A DNA stretch of 64,000 nt. Source: a virus. Location of the stretch: IMG/VR virus record IMGVR_UViG_3300046779_001412, positions 64,001-128,000 of that record; one strand, given 5' to 3'. Both the position numbers and the translations under genes were made by a program. Shown here piece after piece: positions 21,774 to 31,308 of this stretch. The stretch's first letter is position 1. Each line of letters starts with the position of its first letter. The notes under the pieces are model-generated. The model was given only the letters and a program-made list of their open reading frames with translations. It had not been told where the DNA came from and ran no database searches.

Positions 21774-23202
21774 ATCCTAGTTCCTGTTGCAGTTCAAGAA
21801 AGCGACGGTATCTATGAAATCTAGTTTCATATGTATTTTCTTGATTAATCGGAGTGCTCCAAAAAATATGACTCCACCCTTTGACAACCTGCTCACGTTC
21901 AAAATGATAGTGATCACGTAGTCGTTCATCATTGGTTAGTGGCACTTGATCTCCCAAGGTAAACGGAGAGGATATGGCCACTTTCAAGGATCCATCTGCT
22001 GCCCAGTGTTGATACCTTCGCAGCAGCGCCAGGGTTTCTTGAAAATCTTCTTCGGTCTCCATGGGATAACCTGCCATGAACAACCATGTTTGTTGTATTC
22101 CGTTATCATGCAATTGATTTGCGGTGTAATCAATGTCAGCATTGCTGAACTTCTTACGCATGTCATATCGTACACGCTCACTGCCACTTTCTACACCAAT
22201 GATCCATTCTTGACAGCCTGCTCTCCCGGCTAGTTCAAAATCTCTAGGTGGTTGATTCTCTTTGCCCCGAAAAATAGCATAACCACTGTAGCGTAGAGTA
22301 CGTGGCAAGTGATCCGCTAGATACTGATTCATTTTGCGGTAGTTTGGTATACTACCGTTAATCAAATTTCCACTAAACCTAAAAAAGTCAATGTCAGTGC
22401 GGTGATAACTTTCGATCATCTCCTTGGCTAGTAACTCGCCATCTTTGAAGATATACTTTGGCCATAAATGTTCAACATCACAAAATGTACATCGGCGCAC
22501 ACAGCCTTTACTGTCAGTTATAAGCAGATATCTATCACTAGGATTGAATCTCTGATATAAATCAAAATCATAGTTGTCCCAATTTGGAATTGGTACTTGA
22601 TTTAGATCAGCGGATGTCTGCGGAGGAGAATCTACTACACCATATAGATCTTGAGTGATTACATCAATAATAAAGCTTTCAGCATCGCCGGTTACCACAC
22701 AGTCTATCATGCCATGTTCTACTAACCAGCGAGCTCTAGAGCCAGTGGTATGTGCATCACCGGTATATTCTCCCTGAGTGAGTATTTCAAGTCCACGTCC
22801 ACCTGCTAGAATTTTTACTCCTGGTAGCCAGCGTCTTATGCTGTAACACATCAAAGTAAGATATGTTTCACTCATTACGCTGAACACACTAAGACCAATA
22901 ATGTCTGGATTGTAGTCACGTTTAATTTCAAGCAGACATCGCCGGTTCCAACGCAGGATGTCTATAAACACTCGACGCGGAAGCTTGCGTTCAGGATTTG
23001 GTCCTTGACTTATATAGAACAGCAATTCAGGCCAATAAGGTCGGTCCACAAACTCTGCAACAAATTCCGCTGCTAGGTCTCTAGGCACAGCACTAATGCC
23101 GGCTTTGTTTAGGCACGCACTCAACAGCGCAGGTGCCGTGGCAGGCCATCCAGGCGTCTGGTAAGGCAAGCTCACAATCACTATCTGTTGCTTAGAGTTC
23201 AT
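21658..23202 (-). CDS. B12-binding radical SAM protein
   Basis: SKGCVRRCTFC, GVESGS, N-terminal cobalamin-binding-like domain. Confidence 0.85.
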   Translation of the reverse strand: MNSKQQIVIVSLPYQTPGWPATAPALLSACLNKAGISAVPRDLAAEFVAEFVDRPYWPELLFYISQGPNPERKLPRRVFIDILRWNRRCLLEIKRDYNPDIIGLSVFSVMSETYLTLMCYSIRRWLPGVKILAGGRGLEILTQGEYTGDAHTTGSRARWLVEHGMIDCVVTGDAESFIIDVITQDLYGVVDSPPQTSADLNQVPIPNWDNYDFDLYQRFNPSDRYLLITDSKGCVRRCTFCDVEHLWPKYIFKDGELLAKEMIESYHRTDIDFFRFSGNLINGSIPNYRKMNQYLADHLPRTLRYSGYAIFRGKENQPPRDFELAGRAGCQEWIIGVESGSERVRYDMRKKFSNADIDYTANQLHDNGIQQTWLFMAGYPMETEEDFQETLALLRRYQHWAADGSLKVAISSPFTLGDQVPLTNDERLRDHYHFEREQVVKGWSHIFWSTPINQENTYETRFHRYRRFLELQQELGFGDRDGQEADRMLREQQAVYEQYLEAKNTQKTFAIRKI

Positions 23203-24196
23203 ATACCAAGGTCAAAAAATCAAATCTGTTAGTTGCATTGATATCAAAGGGACTGGCTATGTTGGTCATGGTGTATTTGCTAAGATGATAACCAAAGTCA
23301 CCAAGTATGGTATCAAACCAGGCTTTGTTCGGACACCCTACACGAGTTTCCATGTCAGTGGCATGATAGCCTTTCCAAGCCACCGTTGTATCCTCTAACC
23401 ACCAATAAATTAGTGGAGCTGGGTTGTTGGCTATCGCGGGAGGATTCCAATTTTGTATGATTATAGTGTTTGGCTTATGCTTGGTAATCGCACGCATGAT
23501 ACCAAAGTGATCTGTTACTATGTTCATGATAGCTGCTAGAATAACCGTATGGCGATCACGACATAGTGCTTGGGTTTGATCTAGATCATTGATATCAGAC
23601 AACACAGCTCTATATCTATCATGCGACAAGTTTAACATGCCCAACAGGTCATCAGCAATGTTTAAACAATTATTTTTGATGTTAGTCACTATCACATGTT
23701 CTGCATGATTGTGCAAACATACCGCTCCTAGTAAACCTATGTGTGTGCCAAAGTCAACTATGTTTTTATCTTTAATAGCTGGTAGGTTATCAATGAGAGC
23801 CAGTTTAAGTCTAATCACATCAAATGCATCTAACTGCCAGGTGGGATCACTTTGAAATTTATCAAAAGGAATTGTAGAGTCTAACCAGATATCAGCACTG
23901 AACCCATGTTGATAATGACATTCATGTCGAATGTGTGGAGAAAGGAGATGAAAGTCGTCCGGAGACAGGCAGTCAGGCCAGCTGGCATCACGGATGTTTT
24001 CATAGCTTCGACGCCATGCATTGAGATTCCGCAGGTCGTAGCCTGGATCACGATTGGGATTAGATCTTTCATCCAGATAGGCCTTACGACTAGCATATTC
24101 ATACAGTTTTAGATCAAACATATGATCTATCACTTGTTGATACCCCTGGGCATCAACGCCATAGGACTCTAACAGCCGTTGGTATTCATAGTTCAT
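23192..24196 (-). CDS. SAM methyltransferase-like protein
   Basis: IVDFGTHIG motif I. Confidence 0.6.
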   Translation of the reverse strand: MNYEYQRLLESYGVDAQGYQQVIDHMFDLKLYEYASRKAYLDERSNPNRDPGYDLRNLNAWRRSYENIRDASWPDCLSPDDFHLLSPHIRHECHYQHGFSADIWLDSTIPFDKFQSDPTWQLDAFDVIRLKLALIDNLPAIKDKNIVDFGTHIGLLGAVCLHNHAEHVIVTNIKNNCLNIADDLLGMLNLSHDRYRAVLSDINDLDQTQALCRDRHTVILAAIMNIVTDHFGIMRAITKHKPNTIIIQNWNPPAIANNPAPLIYWWLEDTTVAWKGYHATDMETRVGCPNKAWFDTILGDFGYHLSKYTMTNIASPFDINATNRFDFLTLVYEL

Positions 24197-24233
24197 TGGA
24201 AATATTTACAGTGTTATTGTTGGCAACAAATTT

Positions 24234-24530
24234 TTACTGTGATTTATAGGGACGAAGAGTAGCCCCGCTTTGAACAACACAAAACATCTCTGTGCTCCAG
24301 TGCTCAACCACAGTGTAATTGCCATTTTGTGGATTCACAAACAATATGGTTTCAAGATTGACAACTTGCTCATTTATCTGCCTACTTGACAGACCTCTTA
24401 AGGCTGGCTCTTCACCATTTTGGTCCAGCACTAACTTGATTTTGGGCCAATTATCACAATGTAGTACAGAATACACTTGCTGAGCTGACGCTGATGTGGC
24501 AATCAGTATACCAAGGACCAGGGCTCTCAT
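24234..24530 (-). CDS. small exported protein
   Basis: Signal-peptide-like MRALVLGILIATSASA. Confidence 0.55.
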   Translation of the reverse strand: MRALVLGILIATSASAQQVYSVLHCDNWPKIKLVLDQNGEEPALRGLSSRQINEQVVNLETILFVNPQNGNYTVVEHWSTEMFCVVQSGATLRPYKSQ

Positions 24531-24546
24531 AATGGGCTCCAAAATA

Positions 24547-25629
24547 CTATTTAGTGGCCCATTGGCTAATTTTTTCTCTGGTTTGTTGATTGATACGGTC
24601 ACATCTTTTCACTAATGCACCTGATTTAATATATTCAAGGTTGTATGCACAGGCTTCTTTAGATCCTACGTAGATATCTTCAAGACTTTGTTCATTCAAA
24701 ACATCTATGACCTTGAAAATCTCTGTGATACGCGATAAATCGCCCGCGTCTTGATCAAAGGTTAGGTCATAACCAAAGTTATTGTTGAAACCTAGATGTT
24801 GCAACCAGGCATGGCTGTGACGTTGTCCAATGGCCAAGATTGCTCTACCCGCTATCAAGGGCTTAAGAGTTTTCTCTGTCAGATACGGACCTGGGTATTC
24901 AAATTCACGAGAGTTCCATATGGTACGATTATAATGCCATGTTTCATTGGTACAGTTTACAGCACAAAGATTAATACCAGGAACATCCCAGTTGCCATTG
25001 TCTATGGGTGCAAATCCTGGAGCAAATCCATCCCACTCGCGATTAATAAATTGAGCTTGTTCTAGCATACGAAAGTCAAGACTGTCCAAGGCTGGCCATC
25101 CTGCAGGATGCCCGTGATTATCTTCTGGCTTACGTACCTTAGCATGCCATGACAGCATCATGTGTTCATGCTTAAAGTTTTGCAGCAAATATGCAGTGAT
25201 AAATTTTTTGTATTGTGTGACTCTTGATGAAAGACTACTGAGCTTGAACCTAGGCGGTTGAATTTGATCAGGCGCACCAAACTTTGCAATCAGGATATCT
25301 ATTTGCTGATCCACTGTGGTATAGGTTTCGCATTCAAGATTACTCATGCCTAAACTTGCAGCATCACAAGGCCAATCTGTTATACACAACACAGGTCTAG
25401 GATGAACACGCTGACACTGACGCACCAGCCAGTCTACGTCCATGTATTCTGTATGCCAAGAAAACAGATATCTGTCATAAGACAAAGGTACATCATGCTT
25501 TGGCCATTGCAGATTTACATCAATATAAGTGTTAGGTGGAGGTGATACACGGTAGATAAGTTGAAACACAGAAGACACTTGGTCTTCTGTGTTGTGTGAG
25601 GCAATTGCTTCGGGAAAAAAATCAGGCAC
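24547..25629 (-). CDS. hypothetical glycosyltransferase-like protein
   Basis: NET..LTEKTLKP..LGF motif. Confidence 0.55.
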   Translation of the reverse strand: MPDFFPEAIASHNTEDQVSSVFQLIYRVSPPPNTYIDVNLQWPKHDVPLSYDRYLFSWHTEYMDVDWLVRQCQRVHPRPVLCITDWPCDAASLGMSNLECETYTTVDQQIDILIAKFGAPDQIQPPRFKLSSLSSRVTQYKKFITAYLLQNFKHEHMMLSWHAKVRKPEDNHGHPAGWPALDSLDFRMLEQAQFINREWDGFAPGFAPIDNGNWDVPGINLCAVNCTNETWHYNRTIWNSREFEYPGPYLTEKTLKPLIAGRAILAIGQRHSHAWLQHLGFNNNFGYDLTFDQDAGDLSRITEIFKVIDVLNEQSLEDIYVGSKEACAYNLEYIKSGALVKRCDRINQQTREKISQWATK

Positions 25630-26246
25630 TAATCAACTCCATGGTTGCCATTTTTAAAGCCTATAGTACCACCTTCTGCCTCAATACGTTTGATAACATC
25701 TTCAAACAGTATAGGCGTGTAGTCTGTTTGCTCTACACACACGCAGTGATACCTAGTATCAACTACTTCCTCTTGAACTGTAAAAGGTCTAGGATCGTGT
25801 TCTGAAGTTTTTTCAACACTTACAGTTTTCATCACACGGTTAGCATGTAGATGTCCATGTATGTTAGTACCGAAACGACCAAGACTAGCCTCATGTATAG
25901 GAATATGGCTTAATATCATTCCGTTCATTACATGATATGCACGTAGTTCACGGAAGTATTTACGATATTCATCATCTCTAAAGATATCGTGGTTACCACG
26001 TATAAGCACCTTGTCACCGTTCAGTCTACCCAGTGTTACAAGTGCTTTGCGATTAATAACTACATCACCTAGATGATATACTTTATCGTTAGGACGAACA
26101 CGTTCGTTCCAACGCTTGACCATTTCTTCATCCATTTCATTTGGATCAGTCCATGGTCTAAGTTTAGTCACACCATCGTTGCGCATGAAACGACATACGC
26201 CAGCATGACCAAAATGTGTATCACTAACTAAAAATACTGCTGGCAT
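25629..26246 (-). CDS. calcineurin-like metallophosphoesterase
   Basis: SDTHFGH, LGD, GNHD, HGHLH. Confidence 0.9.
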   Translation of the reverse strand: MPAVFLVSDTHFGHAGVCRFMRNDGVTKLRPWTDPNEMDEEMVKRWNERVRPNDKVYHLGDVVINRKALVTLGRLNGDKVLIRGNHDIFRDDEYRKYFRELRAYHVMNGMILSHIPIHEASLGRFGTNIHGHLHANRVMKTVSVEKTSEHDPRPFTVQEEVVDTRYHCVCVEQTDYTPILFEDVIKRIEAEGGTIGFKNGNHGVD

Positions 26247-26270
26247 AAGCTGCTCCTTTCTTAATTTTAT

Positions 26271-26299
26271 AGTATAGCTAATCTTGAAATTTTGGTCAA
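26271..26299 (-). promoter_or_regulatory. sigma70-type promoter
   Basis: TTGACC-17-TATACT. Confidence 0.7.
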
Positions 26300-26400
26300 C
26301 CGTTAAATATGTTGCTGACCTATTAACCAGCTGTTAGAGGATGCTGATCTCAGGGGTTTTGCTGGTTTCTCCCAGAGCACGACAAAGGCCAAATCTAAGG

Positions 26401-26937
26401 TCAGCCTTGATTGTCTTGTTCTCGTTGTTGTTTTCTCGCAGCAGCCAGCATAAAAACTTTTTCGTTGTCGTTTGTCCAGTCTTGTGATAAAGCTACGCCA
26501 TTAACACTGTGTTTTTCTAGAGGATCAAATGATAGACCAAGACTTTCCATCATTAGATGCTTGACCAAGAGATTGGGACATCTAAAATCTTCAGTGTCTT
26601 GAAAACCCATCATAACTCCTACTTCAACCACAGCTCCGGATCTACACACACCGGCATGACAGTGCACTATCACATTCATAGAATTATCTAGTGCGTGTTG
26701 TAAACACTGTGTTAATTGTTGAGCCTGCCCATGGCTACAGCGCCAAGATTCATCTATGCTGTTATCATTGGCTTCAATGTCTAAGAAAAAAAACTGATGT
26801 CGCTCTTTAAAAGCGTATTTTGGTTCAGGAAATTCCACACCAGGATCCACAATCTGTATCAGCATGGAATTAACACCTGGATCGTAGTGGTGTCCTCGAA
26901 TGACTGCGCTTAAACTAATGTTTTGAATCCAGGGCAT
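26401..26937 (-). CDS. PTP/dual-specificity phosphatase-like protein
   Basis: HCHAGVCRS (CX5R); start moved to ATG 26937. Confidence 0.8.
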   Translation of the reverse strand: MPWIQNISLSAVIRGHHYDPGVNSMLIQIVDPGVEFPEPKYAFKERHQFFFLDIEANDNSIDESWRCSHGQAQQLTQCLQHALDNSMNVIVHCHAGVCRSGAVVEVGVMMGFQDTEDFRCPNLLVKHLMMESLGLSFDPLEKHSVNGVALSQDWTNDNEKVFMLAAARKQQREQDNQG

Positions 26938-26951
26938 AGATATCCTTAAAT

Positions 26952-27935
26952 ATGAATATGACTTATGACTTTGCAATAAAATTCTATGAATGTCAACCAC
27001 TTGAGGTGAAATTAATAGACACACCACTTGCTCAACGCTATCTTGCTTTGCTCTATAGAAACTATTGTGTTGAACCACCAGTGGTACGTGATCAAGGCGC
27101 ATTTGATCAACAGCGCCTGCAAGAGCTAGCCAATCAGTGTAGGAAAATATTTGGCTGGAATTGGGTGCATCAAGACTACACAGATCTTGCTGTGACAACT
27201 CGTATGCACAAAGATATTGAGCAGTATCTTGCACAAGGCTACAATCGCGTAGCCCCTGGTCATGATGAACTATTACATGAACTCCATATCTGTCTCCACA
27301 GTGTGCAGTATAACAGTGAACGCACCACAATGCAACTGGAATGGTTTAACGATGATCAATTTCCAATTCAGCCAGGTGAACTAGATTTTGTACATGACAA
27401 CACTCTAGGAGCCATACTGCTACAAAATGCCTATGTAGGTCATCCGCCTATGTGGTTATTTCAACAAAATGATCATATCAATGTATGGCAAACCTGTAGG
27501 TTTCATGATATAGTAAAACCCGGAATCGTAATCCAGATGCAGGGCAGCACAGAAATCTTACCACAAGAATTTGAACAAGCAGATCTATATTTGAACTGGT
27601 GGCGAACAGTGGCTCCGGATTTTGTTAATTATCATAGCGAGAAAAAACTACTAGACAACGCAGGCAAACCAGTGATTGGTTATGTTATCAATCGCGAATA
27701 CCTTTACAGCCTGCTAACCAAATCTAGATTTGAGCTTGAATATATTGAATTCACAGAGCAAGCTAGATTAATTGCATCAACCTGTATCTTGCCCCCACGA
27801 TTGCCTCTTACCAGACAAGACTACAACAATCTAGCCGGTCCTGATTGGCCCTGTTATGATACCTGGCTTGAAACCCAAGAGCTACCAGAATTTGTAAGAG
27901 CAGAAATATTAGACATGATCGGAGTGCAAGTGTAA
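26952..27935 (+). CDS. hypothetical protein
   Basis: 327 aa ORF directly after TAAATA. Confidence 0.7.
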   Translation: MNMTYDFAIKFYECQPLEVKLIDTPLAQRYLALLYRNYCVEPPVVRDQGAFDQQRLQELANQCRKIFGWNWVHQDYTDLAVTTRMHKDIEQYLAQGYNRVAPGHDELLHELHICLHSVQYNSERTTMQLEWFNDDQFPIQPGELDFVHDNTLGAILLQNAYVGHPPMWLFQQNDHINVWQTCRFHDIVKPGIVIQMQGSTEILPQEFEQADLYLNWWRTVAPDFVNYHSEKKLLDNAGKPVIGYVINREYLYSLLTKSRFELEYIEFTEQARLIASTCILPPRLPLTRQDYNNLAGPDWPCYDTWLETQELPEFVRAEILDMIGVQV

Positions 27936-28054
27936 AAATCATGATTATCACGATGCGCTATTACGCAATTCACACATGTAACTCTGGCATTTATCTCATA
28001 CAATAGAACTACATACTAATGCAGTATGTTAATTTTTAATCAAGGAGAACTAAC

Positions 28055-28129
28055 ATGGCATGGACTACACCTTCAGCACAAGATATGCGTTTTGGTTTTG
28101 AAATCACCATGTATATCGCTAATCGCTAA
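28055..28129 (+). CDS. pqqA: pyrroloquinoline quinone precursor peptide PqqA
   Basis: MAWTTPSAQDMRFGFEITMYIANR with ExxxY; AAGGAG RBS; downstream terminator. Confidence 0.93.
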   Translation: MAWTTPSAQDMRFGFEITMYIANR

Positions 28130-28149
28130 TCGTTGTTAGTGATTAAATC

Positions 28150-28171
28150 AACCCGCTTCGGCGGGTTTTTT
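28150..28171 (+). terminator. terminator after pqqA
   Basis: AACCCGC-TTCG-GCGGGTT plus U tract. Confidence 0.85.
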
Positions 28172-28173
28172 AT

Positions 28174-28251
28174 TGGTACCCCCACTCCGATTCGAACGGA
28201 GAAAACTGCTCCTTTTGAGAGAGCCGACTTTGCCAATTTGTCTATGGGGGT
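28174..28251 (-). tRNA. tRNA-Leu(CAA)
   Basis: Cloverleaf, loop CTCAAAA, encoded CCA. Confidence 0.9.
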
Positions 28252-28309
28252 TTAATAATTTTTCCCACTTACTCTTATGTCTTACGTATTATTTTCATTT
28301 TTAACTCCT

Positions 28310-28386
28310 TGGTACGGATGGAGGGATTCGAACCCTCAAAACTCGGATTTTAAATCCGATACGTATACCTGTTCCGTCACATCCGC
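28310..28386 (-). tRNA. tRNA-Leu(TAA)
   Basis: Loop TTTAAAA, CCA. Confidence 0.9.
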
Positions 28387-28397
28387 TAAGTAACCTT

Positions 28398-29420
28398 GTG
28401 TTAACACTGGATCAAATTCAACAAATACATGTGGAGCTTACAACTAGATGCAATGCTCGTTGTCCAATGTGTCTACGAAATTTTAGAGGATCTGATTATA
28501 ATTCAGGATATCCTCTAACCGAACTAACTTTAGATCAATTCCAAAAGATCTTTACACCTAATATTATCAAGCAATTGTCACGTGGTGTAAATTTCAATGG
28601 CAATCTTGGCGACTTTGGTCTGGCTCGCGACGCATTAGAAATTACTGATTATGTTGTCACGCAGCAAGTACCTGTGCACATCAACACCAATGGTAGTATG
28701 CGATCGCCAGACTGGTGGGCACAACTAGCTCGCCCAGGTGTGAGTGTGGCCTGGGCTTTGGATGGACTTGAGGACACACATCATTTCCATCGTCAAGACA
28801 CAGATTGGCATCGAGTAATTGAACATGCTCGGGCATTTATTGCTGCTGGTGGTCGTGCAATTTGGAAGTTTATCAAATTCAAACATAATCAACATCAAAT
28901 CGCACAGTGTCGCGAGCTGGCACGTGAATTTGGATTTGCTGCGTTTGATCTTGTAAATCAAGGTAGAGATCAAAGTCCGGTGTTTTCTCGTACAGGAGAA
29001 TTCAGTCATTGGATTGGTGATCCCTGGACAGAGGACGAGCCTGAAGTGCAGTCCATGTTAACCAGCATGATTCACTGGTATGATTCTAATAGTACGTGTC
29101 ATCCTCAAGACGTCGCAGATCTACAACTAAACTGCGTGCATCTTACCACACGCGAAATCTATGTTGCGGCTGATGGCACTGTGTATCCTTGTTGCTTTCT
29201 TGGATTTTATCCGCACAGCATGAAACACGCAGATAATCATCGTGTGCGTGGCTTAATATATGAAAACAATGCATTGGAACACGGGTTAGAACATGCAATG
29301 CAATGGTTTGATCGTGTGCAGCACACCTGGAAACTGCCCAATGTGGCACAGGGTAGATTGTACACCTGTGTAAATTCCTGTGCAGCACGCTCTAATGGCG
29401 GGCGTGTGCAACCTCTTTGA
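28398..29420 (+). CDS. radical SAM protein with SPASM/twitch domain
   Basis: CNARCPMC; C..IYVAADGTVYPCC; C-terminal CxxxC. Confidence 0.88.
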   Translation: MLTLDQIQQIHVELTTRCNARCPMCLRNFRGSDYNSGYPLTELTLDQFQKIFTPNIIKQLSRGVNFNGNLGDFGLARDALEITDYVVTQQVPVHINTNGSMRSPDWWAQLARPGVSVAWALDGLEDTHHFHRQDTDWHRVIEHARAFIAAGGRAIWKFIKFKHNQHQIAQCRELAREFGFAAFDLVNQGRDQSPVFSRTGEFSHWIGDPWTEDEPEVQSMLTSMIHWYDSNSTCHPQDVADLQLNCVHLTTREIYVAADGTVYPCCFLGFYPHSMKHADNHRVRGLIYENNALEHGLEHAMQWFDRVQHTWKLPNVAQGRLYTCVNSCAARSNGGRVQPL

Positions 29421-29421
29421 A

Positions 29422-29497
29422 TGGTACCCCAGGGGAGAGTCGAACTCCCAAAATTTGGTTTCTAAGACCAACACGTATACCGTTCCGTCACCAGGGC
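29422..29497 (-). tRNA. tRNA-Leu(TAG)
   Basis: Loop CTTAGAA, CCA. Confidence 0.9.
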
Positions 29498-29586
29498 TTA
29501 TTTAATATCTTACCAGACAGCTTAGATACTGTTCAGCCTGGCGTTGTCTATGTTCTATCATAGCAAGTAACACTTGCTGTAGCCAA

Positions 29587-29760
29587 TTATAAATTTTTTT
29601 GCGCACTGTAGGTAAACTCTCTTTCTAGTCTTTCTATGTCTTCCGCACAGCATGGATTTTTGCTGTTGACATACCGTTCAAGGCGACTGGCATAGTCTTG
29701 ACTGGGAAACATTTCAGCCAAACGATCCAATATATGTGTTATAAGTTGCGACATGGTCAT
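29587..29760 (-). CDS. 57-aa hypothetical protein
   Basis: Manual translation; AGGA RBS. Confidence 0.5.
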   Translation of the reverse strand: MTMSQLITHILDRLAEMFPSQDYASRLERYVNSKNPCCAEDIERLEREFTYSAQKNL

Positions 29761-29819
29761 TTCCTTTTTTTATATAGAATATTTATTGCAGTGCACAAAG
29801 AATTCGATATTTCAAGGAA

Positions 29820-29895
29820 TGGTGCCGACTCCTGGTTACGCTCCAGGCTCTCACGCTCTTCAGGCGTATGCTTTCACTAGATTAGCTTAGTCGGC
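29820..29895 (-). tRNA. tRNA-Phe(GAA), atypical T loop
   Basis: Loop CTGAAGA; T loop AGCGTAA. Confidence 0.85.
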
Positions 29896-29922
29896 AAGTG
29901 GTGGCCTGTTTCTGTGATTAAA

Positions 29923-30159
29923 CTAACGGGCCCATGTTAACACAAATATTGATCTATCTTGATCCCATTTGAATGCAACACCTAGTTGATATGAGGATCT
30001 ACTGTCATTCCATGCCCATGTCACATAGTGTTTGCCAACATGGGACTGCAGCCAGGACTCTACAAGGTCTACGCCTTGAATCCAGTCCAGCTGTGGTACG
30101 ATACCAGCAGGCCACGGTACAGTGGCCGTGTACACAAAAGCATGTCTATCAACCAGCAT
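29923..30159 (-). CDS. small hypothetical protein
   Basis: Ends DRSIFVLTW. Confidence 0.6.
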   Translation of the reverse strand: MLVDRHAFVYTATVPWPAGIVPQLDWIQGVDLVESWLQSHVGKHYVTWAWNDSRSSYQLGVAFKWDQDRSIFVLTWAR

Positions 30160-30171
30160 GCTCTTATTTAA

Positions 30172-30249
30172 TGGTCTCGGTGGAGAGATTCGAACTCCCG
30201 ACCCTCTGCTCCCAAAGCAGATGCGCTACCCAGGCTGCGCTACACCGAG
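30172..30249 (-). tRNA. tRNA-Pro(TGG)
   Basis: Loop TTTGGGA, CCA. Confidence 0.95.
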
Positions 30250-30330
30250 ATTATTGACGATTTATTACATACAGCAATGCCGCCATCATTGCTATAACTA
30301 TGATTGCCCCATGATTGTTCTCCGGTTGTT

Positions 30331-30406
30331 TGGTAGGGGATGAGGGACTCGAACCCCCGCATGGCGGAATCAAAATCCGCTGCCTTACCAGCTTGGCGAA
30401 TCCCCA
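30331..30406 (-). tRNA. tRNA-Gln(TTG)
   Basis: Loop TTTTGAT, CCA. Confidence 0.93.
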
Positions 30407-30412
30407 ACAGTT

Positions 30413-30562
30413 TTAACTTGGTATGATTTTAGGAATATAAGGTACATTCCTGGGACCATGACGTTGCTCAAATAACTGTTTTGCTTCTTGTAGATCTTTC
30501 GCATACACACGATCTTTGACTTCTCCTTGAGTAGTCTTGACTGTGGTTTCATACATTGGCAT
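30413..30562 (-). CDS. small hypothetical protein
   Basis: AAGGAG RBS, between tRNAs. Confidence 0.6.
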   Translation of the reverse strand: MPMYETTVKTTQGEVKDRVYAKDLQEAKQLFEQRHGPRNVPYIPKIIPS

Positions 30563-30580
30563 AACATCTCCTTGGTTACA

Positions 30581-30655
30581 TGGCCCGACCGGCAGGAATC
30601 GAACCCACATTCTGGAGGTAGAAGCTCCATGTCCTATCCATTGAACGACGGTCGG
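30581..30655 (-). tRNA. tRNA-Arg(TCT)
   Basis: Loop CTTCTAC, CCA. Confidence 0.9.
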
Positions 30656-30661
30656 TAATAC

Positions 30662-30737
30662 TGGAGCGGGAGGCGAGATTCGAACTCGTCTATTTCAGTT
30701 TGGAAGACTGACGTGTAACCGTAAACACTTCACCCGC
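30662..30737 (-). tRNA. tRNA-Gly(TCC)
   Basis: Loop CTTCCAA, U73, CCA. Confidence 0.9.
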
Positions 30738-30743
30738 TTAGAT

Positions 30744-31211
30744 CTATAATGCTCCATTGGCTATTCTATCTGCGGCGTAACTTGCAGCAAACGCCCGAGG
30801 TTTAACCAGGGGAATCACGTTGCAAGTACCTCGAATATAACCAATGGCCTGACTTATCACGCAACTGCTACCATGCTCTTCATTGGGGTTGATATCCAGA
30901 TGTACTTCAACTGGAAAGTCCCCCATTACCGGTGCAAGACGTTGAAACATTTCGCTCACACGATAAACTTCATTCATCAACCTCATGGCCGGCTTGTTTA
31001 ATTTGTGATCATAATCACGTTCTCTAGTTATTTCACCAAAAATTTTACAGCCGTTGTTGCCATTGATGTGAATTACCACAGCTACAGTGTATTCAGCATA
31101 CCATATGCCTTTTTCACGATAACGAATGCTGTCTGCACCTAGATAGACTTTTGTACCAGTGCCACAGGCATCTACAAATTGTTTGATTTGGTCTACATTG
31201 ATACGTGGCAC
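30744..31211 (-). CDS. RNase H-like YkuK/DUF458 family protein
   Basis: YLGADS, RLMNEV, EVHLDIN, ASYAAD. Confidence 0.75.
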   Translation of the reverse strand: MPRINVDQIKQFVDACGTGTKVYLGADSIRYREKGIWYAEYTVAVVIHINGNNGCKIFGEITRERDYDHKLNKPAMRLMNEVYRVSEMFQRLAPVMGDFPVEVHLDINPNEEHGSSCVISQAIGYIRGTCNVIPLVKPRAFAASYAADRIANGAL

Positions 31212-31227
31212 ATTAACTCCTTTAAGT

Positions 31228-31302
31228 TGGCCGGTCCGGAGAGATTCGAACTCCCGACAGCTGGTTTCGAAGACCAGAACTCTTCCGCTGAGCTACGGAC
31301 CG
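31228..31302 (-). tRNA. tRNA-Arg(TCG)
   Basis: Loop CTTCGAA, CCA. Confidence 0.9.
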
Positions 31303-31308
31303 ATTGTA

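Noticed and set aside
26300-26400. Possible small RNA after a plus-strand TAAATA
   Set aside because: Only weak pairing and a 5-codon ORF; too little support.
26938-27330. N-terminal extension of the phosphatase ORF
   Set aside because: It is antisense to the 327-aa plus-strand gene; the start at 26937 fits better.
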